Assembly (NCBI GenBank): GCA_051362555.1
Contig: CM120648.1
Span: 907,721 to 971,720 of the forward strand
Length of the DNA: 64,000 nucleotides
Origin: Lingula anatina
Lineage: Eukaryota; Animalia; Brachiopoda
Direction: 5' to 3'
Shown: positions 13,464 to 25,782 of the stretch, piece after piece
Layout: every line of letters starts with the position of its first letter
Numbering within the stretch: the first letter of the stretch is position 1
The notes under the pieces: model-generated
Database searches by the model: none
The model's input: only the letters and a program-made list of their open reading frames with translations
What the model was told of the DNA's origin: nothing
Made by a program: the position numbers and the translations under genes

Positions 13464-13732
13464 CAGTGGCGGATTTAAAGTAGGGGGGAGGGGGGTCCTG
13501 AACCCCCCCCCCCCCCCCCCCCTTCGATTTCTGGAAAAAAATCACACCGATGTTCCCCTCTTGCAATTAGAATTTTGCCTAGCTGAATCATACTTCTAAA
13601 CAGTACATGTACCGAATGGCACCATTCGTCCTCTAAAATACCAAAAAAAAATTCGGGTCTTTTAGCGGGACCTAGGCCCCATGCCAAAGGGGGACCCCCT
13701 CCCCCCTTCAAATAATCCTGGATCCGCCCATG
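13464..13732. mobile_element. CAG(G/T)GGCGGAT...ATCCGCC(A/C)CTG MITE family with 5-bp TSDs; further copies at 19591-19775, 35478-35645, 40331-40574 and a partial copy ending at 59474
   Basis: Short TIRs with 5-bp direct repeats: GCATA (13464), AATTT (19591 and 40331) and CTTTT (35478). CAG termini plus 5-bp TSDs suggest a hAT5-like origin (inference). Confidence 0.75.
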
Positions 13733-16700
13733 GCATATATAACCTAGACCTCAGTTTGAATCCTTATTAAATTTAAAACACATTAAATCAGGTACTGTGC
13801 TCACAAATTAGAAAGTTTGCAGGTGCCCCAGTTACCAGTATATTTCTCTTACAGTTTGCCTTGTAGGCCTATCAGATATGTAAATGTGTTCTGATGAAAG
13901 TGGTTACCAACTTGTGTCATCTTAACGCATATGAATTCCCTTTTATGTTAGAATTCTTAAATGAATAATCATCATTCTCGTGCAATAAGATTAAAATGAT
14001 ATGATTTGCACTTACCGGATTTTCTTTTTGCTCTTATTTGTTGAAGTATTTCAGCTGATGCCAGGTTGGTTGTCGCTTGGACCTTCGTCGCAAACTGTGA
14101 TGTGTATTTGTTGAACAGCTGAATGCAAAATGATAAAAACCTTGTAGTATTGATTTAAAATACAACATCTCGTTTTGGAGGCACCCCCTGTGTTTACCTA
14201 AGTGACTTTATCATGTCCATGGCTAGTCATTCCCAAAGCTCGAGGTTCTAACTAGATAGTGTTATCAATATTTACTCGAAAACAGCACGTCTGCTGTGGA
14301 ATTTGACGAAGAAAAAGTCCCCTACGCTTTGACTGTATCATAAATGAAACTGGAACACTTAATTTTGGAGGAAAATGTTTCATTTTGATAAAGAAAAGGG
14401 TTAACATATGTGTCTTTGTAGGGTGGGGTAAAGGGGGAGAGGAACAATAAAAGGAGGGGATACTTAAAGGAGTTTTCCCGCCACGTGGCAACGTGGCTTT
14501 AGCAAGTAAATGCAGTTCACCCATTTGCAATCTCATTCCTGTGACCCGTTTGTGTGCTGATGCCAAAATACACCTCTATCAAAGTTTTTCTTCGCATTTT
14601 TTGAAATGCACCAAATGACCATGAGCAGAAGCCTCAAGTTAATATGTCGAGCTCAGTGAAGTGTCACACGACAATCACCCTGTGTGTCAGTGTTCCGCGG
14701 AAACTCAAACCTGTCCTTCCTGTACATTGTCTACACGCGTCTGCCGTTTTCCAGTATGGTTACTGATGGGTAATGACCGTTTAAGGTAATCCAATTTGAT
14801 AATCAGCAAAGAGTCACATTAAGGTTAACGTTGCCGTTGTGTGCACATGAACACTGAGTTTCAGAGGCCAGTGAAATCTTGCCTCTTTTTGTCGACATGG
14901 CGTTGATCTTTTTGATGGAGGCAAAATGACGATTTACAGACAGACTTCTAGTAACCCCTGTACGATGTAATTCAGGGTGAAGAATATTGACTTTGTCTGG
15001 GTGTGTTAGCTATATCAGATGACCGCGGCTTACGACATGTACTTTCTTGAGTGCAGTTTGTAATATGAGGTGTCTGGAGGCCGTGTTCGCTGTCCCCCGG
15101 GGATACAGGAGATGGGAAGATGGGAAAGGCGTTAGGGCGTCACTGGGGGCGATTCATTCCTATTTCTTACAAGACAAAACAATGGCTTACAAATTAATAA
15201 TTGATGTGATAGGTAGAATGCATTATGGAATGTATTAGTTACGTAACGTCACTGCCTTCTCGATTGCGTTTGTTTTGTTTTCGAATTTTGTTCAGAAATG
15301 CTTTTCGTCCGACGTGCCACTGAATGCGTTTGTGGTGTGTAGTATGTAGTATGTAGCATCTTCTTTGCCTTCATCATGTTTCTTTCGTCCAGATTAATTA
15401 ATTTATTAATTATAAAACCGACAATAACTTATCCACAACGATTCGTTTGTTTCGTAAAATTATTTCAGGAGTAATGACATGCTCAACTTCAGGAGGAAGT
15501 TTTTAAAGTATTTCATTTTCCTTTACAAACCTCAAGTGACGTTGCGAAGATACTTGTATGTTTTACATACTGCATCTGTACATCTGTCTCTGTTTCATGA
15601 ATGTTTATGTGTGCTGATGGCCTCTTTCCGGCAATTTTTACAAAACTAAATTGCTGATGAAATTGTCCATTACCATTCAACATTATTAATGAAAATAGGT
15701 TGTGAAGTTTATATCATGATACCAGCCTTTTTTATATTAATTTTCAAATAAAATAAATGTAAAAGAAAAACAGATCGCTGCTTCATTTTACTTGCAGTGT
15801 AGACGTAAAGGCGAAGCCGATGATTTTTTGCGTACCTCATAAAATAGGTTTCATGATTAAAATATCATGTGAATTGATTGTGCCACTGTTTTGGGTACTT
15901 AATTGTGCGATCTTTTTATTTACAGAAAACGTAATGTGAAATGAAAAACTACGACAACAATCCCAAGAGAAAATGATGAATTTTGTCACAAAAATTTACA
16001 GTCACATTCCAAAGCCATTTAGAAACAGTTCCCAACTATAAATGAACGAGAAGAGTTGAGATGAAATCAAAAGACCATGAGAAACAATTAAAGTAAGTTC
16101 TAAATTATTGCAGAATTATTCTGCATTATTGAACACATTTATTGTCTTCAAAGGTTTTGTCAAAAGAAAGAACAAACTTATTTTTTGTTTTTTCAAAGCT
16201 TCATTTATTAGAAACAAGTACTCAAGCACATGCACAGGTATAAATGCCAAAAGTCAAACGCATCCCTTTTTCTTTTCACATTAATCTACTTTATATGTAG
16301 TAATACATGTCATTTCATCTTAAATCCCGCTATGAAGGACATATACAATTGTACATGTAACTAATAAAGATGTATAATAATGTTGCGTATGGGTCACTAG
16401 CAGCTTTGATTGGCAGTGCTTGCAGTTCATACACAATAACCGAACAGTGGATGAGACCGTGTTTTTAAACAAGTTATTTCACTCTTTTTAAATGTATTAG
16501 AAATTCTACTTGAGTTAGAATATATACATAAAGTATCTGTTCCATGATAGACGAATACGTTGTCGATGTCTGAGCTATAAAAATTTTCAATAATTCAAAC
16601 CCAATATTTCCCATGGGATTGTATTCCTTTATGACAACTGGGGTCTTTTTGTCGGATAAACAGGACGCTCATGACGTCACACGCAACCTTTATTATCCTC

Positions 16701-16964
16701 TATTACGAAAGGCATATATCAACAATATTGGAATGTTTTGTCATTTTGCAGTTAGATGCGATAATTGTTCTAGTAAATAATTTTTTTTTTTTTTTTGTTA
16801 CTGTTATCACATTTTCACATAATTCATACTAGTTATTGTCATTTACAACCCAAAGAAATCTACTTTAAGAAAGAAAATATTTACATTAGTTTTTATACTT
16901 GATTAATATATAAAAAAGGTACCAGGTGTTAAGGTACAGGTTTTGCTCCTAGGGCTTTCTTATA

Positions 16965-17381
16965 TCAGATGAAAAGTACTGGGGTCATAAATGACCTTAC
17001 ATATTTTTCATAATTTAACCATATATTATAGTCAAGCAATATAATGAGAAATCCATGCACTTCAACCAACTATCATGAGATTCGTTACAAATAATCTTAC
17101 TTAGTTAATATACAAATACAACATAAGCATTTGTCAAAGAGTTATCTAGAGTAACCGATTCCCTCAAGTAAGGAACCGTCAAATATTCAATATCCTTCGC
17201 CTTCCCTATCAATTAAGATAGAACGGCCTAACATTTTCATTATCACACATGTTAAGAATAATATATATATACTCGCACAGGAAAAACACTTTTACTTTAT
17301 ATATATGTGGTTAAAATAATAAGCCCTACTTTTTTTTTTTTTTTTTTTTTTTGTTTGTTTGTTTGTTTGATTTGTTAATTG

Positions 17382-17437
<56 letters not shown>

Positions 17438-18956
17438 CCGTGTCTTTTTTTCTTCTTATTCCTTTCCTTGACCCAAGATGGTAAGATCTTTTATTCTCTA
17501 TGATATGGTGCATTGCTTACCCTTTGACGGGTCGACCCCAGTTGCTTCTGAAAATCACAAGAACAACTAGATAAAAATTTTATACGCGTATGTAACTGAC
17601 ACAACCTCTGCTAATTTACCTGATGCAGATGGCTGAATGTTCTGGTTATATAATGTTTATTCTTTTACTCTCAAGCAAATCGTTTTATTTCCTTTTTAAC
17701 CAACATGCTCACACACCTGTCTGTGTCCCTAATGTGGTGTTTCGTTGCTTCTTTGCACTGCAGTCTTCTGTTGATTCTGAAAATTACAAAAAGAATTGCA
17801 TTCGTATATAACCTTTTCCCAATCAACTGTTGAAAAACGGACGTTTATTTATTTTATTTTTTTTTAGAAACTTTCTTTTAAGATCACTAAGTAGTAAGGC
17901 AATATCGTTTCACATTCTGTAAAACGGGATTAAATTAAGGAAGTAAGTTAGGTTCGTTTTGTTAAAAGAAACCCTTGAACACCAACTATAGTCGATGGTT
18001 TTGCATACTTACCCCCACTAGTTTCAGTGGAATCCTGTTTTCTCTTCATTCCACCATGAGACATTCCTTTGCCTGGAAGTAAAAGGCACCTTATCATTTA
18101 TTTGATACGATATTATTCAGGTACGCCTGATACATGTATAGGTCATAGGCGGATACACCCATTCTCCTTTACAAAAACTAAATAAACAATGATGACACAA
18201 ACCAAACGAAAAAAAAACAATGCAAAGCCAAAACAATTGTTTTAAAATTTAAAAATTTTCTGAACACCACCTTTTGAATGCCTCACAAAACTATATATAA
18301 GTCAAATTAGGAAGACAATATTTATTAAGTAAATCATGGATCCTGAGAGAGAGAGAGAAAAAGAGTCAGTCCCCACGTCTTTAAGAAAAGCACACGTGTC
18401 TACCTACCGTCACTTTCCACAATAAGTAGAACCTTGGCGTCGTGAAAAAGTTTGCCAGACAGCAGTGGACTCCACTTGGTTCTCAGATCCGGCCGTTTCA
18501 TCGTGTTGAGGATGAATAACGTTTCATCTGGTATGACATCCAAGACTTTAAGTACCGTCTCCTTTGACTCCCTTAAAATGGAAAATAATCTTTATATCAA
18601 ACCTCCATTTCCTGTTATTCATTATCTTAATTAATCAATCCGATATTATGCACCCGTATGATAACATATTGAATTGCAAATATCAAAATAGTCTTAGTCA
18701 TGTTTTGCTGATTGTTTTGTAATCTCTCCTATTAAGTTGTATCATTTATTAAAATCCACATGTTTATTGATGCACATATTCATAGAGCTAGATAGTTAAA
18801 AAGAAAAAAAATATATTTAGAAATCCAATATATATATGCTAAAAATATTTTTATTCATATCAACACTAGAAATAATTGTTATGTTATTTCCTTTTCATCT
18901 ATCCAGTGCGATAAAGTGTTGTATTAGTTATATAACATATTGTAAAATCCAACTAA

Positions 18957-19000
<44 letters not shown>

Positions 19001-22000
19001 ACATTTTAGCACACTGACACCTGATTAATTACAAAATATTAACAAAACTCACTATTCTTAAGTTACTTCCATGAAAAGTTTGAGCCTTTACCCTGAAATG
19101 TCATCCAATATTTCCAAGTCGATGACTGCCTTGTGGCCTCCCCATTCCCTCTGTCCAGGTTTATTGCTGGAGTTAGCCCACTGCCAACAGATCACGATCT
19201 TCACCAGTTCACCATGTTCAAAATCAATTGCCGGCCAGGGGACTACGCGTTCGTCAGGGGTCATGTGGGGCAGAGTTGTGGTCTGTGATCTGTTTCTTGA
19301 CAGCAGATCTGCGAGTCTATCGCTGATGCTGAGATTGCTCACTTTGTCTCTGTAACACTCACTAAGTACTTTTTCCAGTAGAGACCACCGCAATTTCGCT
19401 ATCAGAATAATGAAAATCATCTTATTTAAAAGTAACTCAAAGACAAATTGTGGTATTTACAAAGAAGTCCTGTCACGTCGCATCTTTCGAAACTACATAT
19501 ACATCGATCGCATTCCACATTAAGTAATTGGTCGACGAGATCGTAGGTGCCTTTTATTTATTTTTCATAGAACTACAGTATAAACAATTTCAGGGGTGGA
19601 TCCAGGATTATCTGAAGGAGGTCCGCGGATGCAAAGCCGTACCCCCCCCCACACACACACACACACACACGCAGACACTTGGCATGGGGTTTGGGGTATG
19701 ATTCAACTTGTCAAAATTCTAATTTAAGAGGGGACCAAAAATCGAGGGTCCTGACCCCCACTAAATCAACCACTGAATTTCCACAAGTTTTATCACTTCC
19801 AAAAGCATTTTTAAAAAACGATCTATAAAACCCTCTCAGACATTGAGTTCCAAGTTTGTTCCTTTATTTTTTTAACAAATTTGGTTTTAATCTAAATCTT
19901 AGTGATAACAAATTTTTGGAATAAAAATTGGCTTTTTGCTATATATTTATATGTCTAACGCTCATGGTTTGCCTTTCATTTGAATGTATTAATATTCATT
20001 AATGTTTTTATTATACGGCTATAAAGTATACCACGTCACCTTCGAAGCCGCTTTGAATGACAGATGAGCAGCCACAATTATTCATACAAAACACACCTTT
20101 TAATGGTCATACAAACAAACAAACTATACTTCATAATTCATAATTCTCACTATTCAAATTTTAATTCTCTGATTCCATGATACGCACACAAACGCCTTCT
20201 ACGTTTCAGGGCATTGAGTATGAATAAGCTGTTCTCATGTTTCAGTGTAGAACTATAGTTTTTGCATATACTTACCCAAATTATAAGCCTGTTCAACATT
20301 TCTTTTTACTGCATCCTGTGGTGAAGCTTTCCCTGAAAGTAAAAAAAAAACATTTCAATATTTTGAAGGGTGTGTGGCAGGTTTAAGAGGAAGTACTGTG
20401 TTCTTTTCAAAATCCTGCTTTATACAATACTGTACATGTCCTTCAGTTAGATATCTTCCCCTTTAAAGCAAAATGAACATTTCAATTCATAAAAAATGGG
20501 AAAAAAGACACATCTCAGGCTCGGAAAATACTCCAAAACATTGCACCAGTTAATATCTGTTATGAACATTCAACATTGCAATATCACAGACCACTCGTTT
20601 GAGGCATCAATAAATGATTGACTTTAAAGAAGAACAGACAGCAAGAAAGAACACGAGTGCACGCCTGACAGAAGGTCACGTGTGTCAACCTACCGTCACT
20701 GCCTTCAATTAGTAGAACTTTAGCACCCAGAAAACATTCGCCAGATAGCAAACGCCCCCACTTGGTTTTCAGATCAGGACGTTTCATGGCATTGAGTATG
20801 AATAAGCTGCTTTCTGGAACATCTGGTATGCTGGCCAAGGTCTCCAGCACCGTCTGCTTTCTCTTCCTAGAGTGCTCTCTAATTAAAGAAAGTAGAACGT
20901 CTATTACAAATATCTAGTTCACCATCTGCAATCTACAACCTTCAAATTTGTTTTGAATAGTCAAATCATTTCAAACCTCACAAATCTAACGCTATAGGTA
21001 CTAACACTAACACCTTCAACCGATTTGATTTTGCTTAAATTGTTTTGTACTCTTCCTCAAAGATGTTAAATGGATCAGAATCGAAGTCAAAATATGCACT
21101 GACTGCCAGTGTAAATAGCAAATCAAGCAACATAATATAAATTTTCACAAATATACGCATATGAATTGTTGCCACATTGAATATCTGAAAATAATAACTA
21201 GACTAACACCCCATTCTCATAGATTAGATCGACCTACATTGGATCGACCTAACTCCCTGGGGGTTCACGCTAAATAGCTGTCAGCCGGGCGGACACGAAA
21301 GTTAATTACCCCTTAAAGCTTGTAGTAGGCGGGGACGGACACTTAAGGGGGATTATCTGACAGTAATCTAGTGAGACTCCCCGCGGTGATAGATCGATCT
21401 AAAAGTTGTGAGAACAGAGCCTAAGCAATCTACATCCCTATCATAAAAAATCAAAATATATACAGCTTACCCTAAAATCTCTTCCACAGTTTCCACATCT
21501 ATGACTGCCTTGTGGCCTCGCCATTCCCTCTGTCCAGGTTTATCACTGGAGAGAGCCCACTGCCCACAGACTGCTGTCTTCAGAAGTTCACCATGTTCGG
21601 AGTCACTCGCTTTCCAGGATGTTACACGCTCATTATCTGACACACGTGGCAGTGGTTGTTCTCTCCTCACATCCAGGCCAGTGTCCCTATATATATATGT
21701 GAAGGGCCATTTTTTCTTGTAACCAATAGAAATGTGTATACCCAGCAACCTCCAACTCAACTGACAATCTAAAATTTGAAAGCATTTATACATTTTTTTT
21801 TAGAAATAAAGAAATGTGTTATTTTTTGGAAAAAATCTAAAACGCACACAACATTCAATGTTTGTCTTCATAACAGTTATGTTGCCTCACTACTTGGCCA
21901 TCTTTCATTCAATAAAATTAATTCGGTCAATATGATTTTCTTAAGCTCATGCGAAGAGAGAAATGTGGAATCATATGCCTAACTTGAAACGTAATAATTG

Positions 22001-23361
22001 CTGTAACTTTCAGTAGCTTATAATACTTTGATGGTGGTTATACTATTTGATTGACTATAGTCACCATTACATAAGAAAGTCTGCCATCAGTTAAATACGT
22101 AAAATATGTTAGGTACAAAATCTTGCTTTTCCCAAGTTTTCTAGTTAAATAATGCAACCCCCACCCCCACCCCCAACGTGAGTATAATGCATTTGAGATG
22201 TAAACACAACTGAATATAACGAAACACCATAGTTAACTTACATGGCAATCTGTGTGTCAGGTCAACCTGCCCTGCATGTATCAAAGCATTCGCAAGAGCC
22301 CGCCCAGCTCCCTCCCTGTTCCCTGAGAGTAGAGTATCCAGCATCTCCTGGACTTTCTCCACTCTGGATGGCTGCTGAAGTATGGTGGCTCTTTCATCCT
22401 CACTGACTTTGCCTTTGCTGACAAGATGATCAAGTACACGATGAAGTTCTGGTTCAGGGAGCTTTTCGGTTATGTCTAAGTATGAACTTAGTATTCCCTT
22501 CATACTGCTAGGTATCCAAACATCACGGCCTGCTCTCCTCCCCCGTGAGTAACGTGTAGTCAGTATATTATGTCCCAACTTCTCATGACCTGCATCACAT
22601 AGTGCAAGAGCCAACACCCTCATTGCTCTTAGACCCTTGTTTCTTTTATTCAAGACAGTGTACAGCAGTTCCCGTGCTGCCAGCAGAGTAGGGGGTCTTA
22701 TTGGCTGCTGTTCGTCTAGGATTTTGTTGCGTTTTAGTATATCTGTGACATTAGCAAGTGATGAACCCTCCTGGAGTGCAGTACAGATGTCAACGTAATG
22801 CTCTTTTAAAGCTTTGACGTAGCCAGGATCATCGTCATATACTTCACGGGGACGCAGTGCTAAAATGAAGAAATGACCATAAACAAAATAATAATGATAA
22901 CATTGATGATAAATAAGATATTATATGTTGCTCATACGTCCTACACTACACGCACAAGTGATAAATATATATTAAGCTAGATACATTAAAAATAAATAAC
23001 TAGATGAAGCAGACTTGAATCCAAGTTTTTTTACACATACCTTTAATTGATAACATGTTAACACTTTTTTTCATTCAAAGAAAGACGTGCAGAGAGATTG
23101 GAGTCATTTATTTTAAGGGGTATTTTAAACATAACAAAAATATTTTCACGAATATGTAAACTTGATAAATTTCTTTTTATTTTGAGATGCTGTGAGAAAC
23201 CACTCCCGCTCGCACTTTTAAAGCATTTAAAAGAAAGGAATGTCATGTCAAACGCGCCTAACTTAATTTAAACTTCAATAAGTTACTGCTGTAACTTTAC
23301 GCAGATAATTAAGCTTTGATTGTGTTTATGCAATGTAATGGCTTTAGGCACCATTATTTAA

Positions 23362-23412
<51 letters not shown>

Positions 23413-23972
23413 CAAATAAAGGTATGTATGTGTTATATTTTGGAAAAAAAATCTAAAACGCACACAACATTCAATGTGTGTCTTCATAGCAGTTATGTTG
23501 CCTCACTACTTGGCCATCTTTCATTCAATAAAATTAATTCGGTCAATATGGTTTTCTTAAGCTCATGCGAAGAGAGAAATGTCGTATCATATGTCTAACT
23601 TGAAACTTAATAATTGCTGTAAGTTTTAGTAGCTTATTATGCTTTGCTGGTGGTTATGCTATTTGATTGACTATAGTCACCATTACATAACAAAGTCTGC
23701 CATCAGTTAAATACGTATGTTAAGATACTTCATGGTATATTACCACTTCATAGGATAAGAATTACTACTTCATGATAGAAGGCGACTTCATTGGTTAAAA
23801 AATAAGGACCCTTAGGAGACTTCGTAATATATTACCACTTCATGGTACATTGTTTCCAAACATGTTTCAGTTCTGGTTGGATGTGGAAATTAGGCGTAAA
23901 GGTCGATATGAAGTTTCATTCTAGACCATGATTTCCAGAGTGACGCGTGTATTTGAAACGGGGTGTGTGTGT

Positions 23973-24003
<31 letters not shown>

Positions 24004-25736
24004 GGGGGAAGGAGTAACATTACTCAAGATAGTGCGTATTTTATCTCGTTGGAGAAGCTGTTATTTTCAGATGTTCTCGTAGATACCCGTGAGATTAACT
24101 TCTATAAATAATGTACTTAATTTCAAGAGCTCCGGTCCAGTGACGGAAAGCATAAAGCTAGTTTTTTTGTTTTACCCATTTAGTTTTGAGATATTTCAGA
24201 TTTCAGGACGAGTGAAAACTGACAATATTTGGACGTTGAATCATGGCAGGTCTAAGGCACCAGATGTATGAGACAAACGAAGTGTATAAGTAAACACATT
24301 GCCTGCCTTTTAACTAGGGCATAAAACTGACCATGTGTGGTTTGATTGACGTACGGCGCAGGTTTATAGATATGGCTAGTACACAGCAGCAAGATTTCAC
24401 ATTGTTACTTCCTAAACCATCATAGTTAGGAACTTGATACGTCGGGGATTAATAAACCTATCATTAAAGGAATTTGCAAAGGCTCTTCGGAATTCAATTG
24501 TGACTTGGGGTGTTGTCGACCCTGGGGGTGGTCTATTCTAATTTTTACATCGTATTTTATGCTAGGAACATGAAACATGGCTACATACTATTTTGAATGT
24601 GGAATGTCACTTCGGATTTATTTATTTATTTATTTATTTTTTGGGGGGGGGGGCTGGGGGCGGTTGAGTCTAATTGACATTGTTATTCCTGCTATATTTA
24701 TCCTTAAGACCAATAAAGCTGGGAACGTAAGGCTATGGGGATTGAAAAATCTGCCTTAGGGGATGTGTATGGGTCCTTCTGGGTTTTTGTGACATTGGGT
24801 GTGGCCGTCCCTGGGGAGGTTGATTTTAAATTTTACATCGTTATTCGTGCTTCTACCCTTACGCCATTACAGTTGGGAACATGAAACCTTCCGGGCTGAT
24901 AAGCTTACCATTGAGGATATGCATATAGGTTTCCGGGAATGTTAGTATGATATTTCAGGTGTGGCTATCCCGGGGGGTGGTTGATTCTATTTTTTACAAC
25001 TTTATTTCTGCCATCTATACACTTAAATTTTAAGGAACATGAAACGGAGATTGATGAACCAGTCATTTTAATGAATGTGCATGGGTCCTTGAGAAATGTA
25101 GAGAACAGCAGAAGCACATACAGAACTAAATGGAATGCATAAATATAGGTCAGGGAATCCAATTAAAAACTAATTCAAGGCCCCACACACTCGATCAGGA
25201 ATCCTAGCGTTTAACTGCTGTTGTGTCTTAACACAAAACAAAAATGTTTATTTCCCAAGAGCAGTAATTAACATGTGTATTTTATGTTAAAGAACAATGG
25301 GACTTGGACCCTACTAGGCTAGGATTCCTGAGAGTATGGGGTCTTGAATGGGTTTTAATTAACTTGACCTATATTCAAGAATACGACTGAAGGTCTGTCA
25401 TTTAGTACTGTCTGCTGCTTTCTCTACATTTCCCCTTCCTTCCTTACTCGAAGACCGCCATCAGATTCACACATACGATGTAGTACTAGCTGGGTCGGTC
25501 CATCTCTGCAAGGAATCTTAAGTGCAATCTATGGAATCAGCTTCATTGCCTGACAAACCACTAATCACTCCACCGCCTAGGGACGGCCACACCCCAAGTC
25601 ACACTAATGTAGCCCACCCATGCACCAAAGACTCATGTTCTTAATTCGAATGGTCTAGGGGGAGATGAAATAAATTACGGTAATATATATGTGTACCATC
25701 CCCAGGGACAGCCACACCCCAGGTTACAAAAAAATA

Positions 25737-25782
<46 letters not shown>

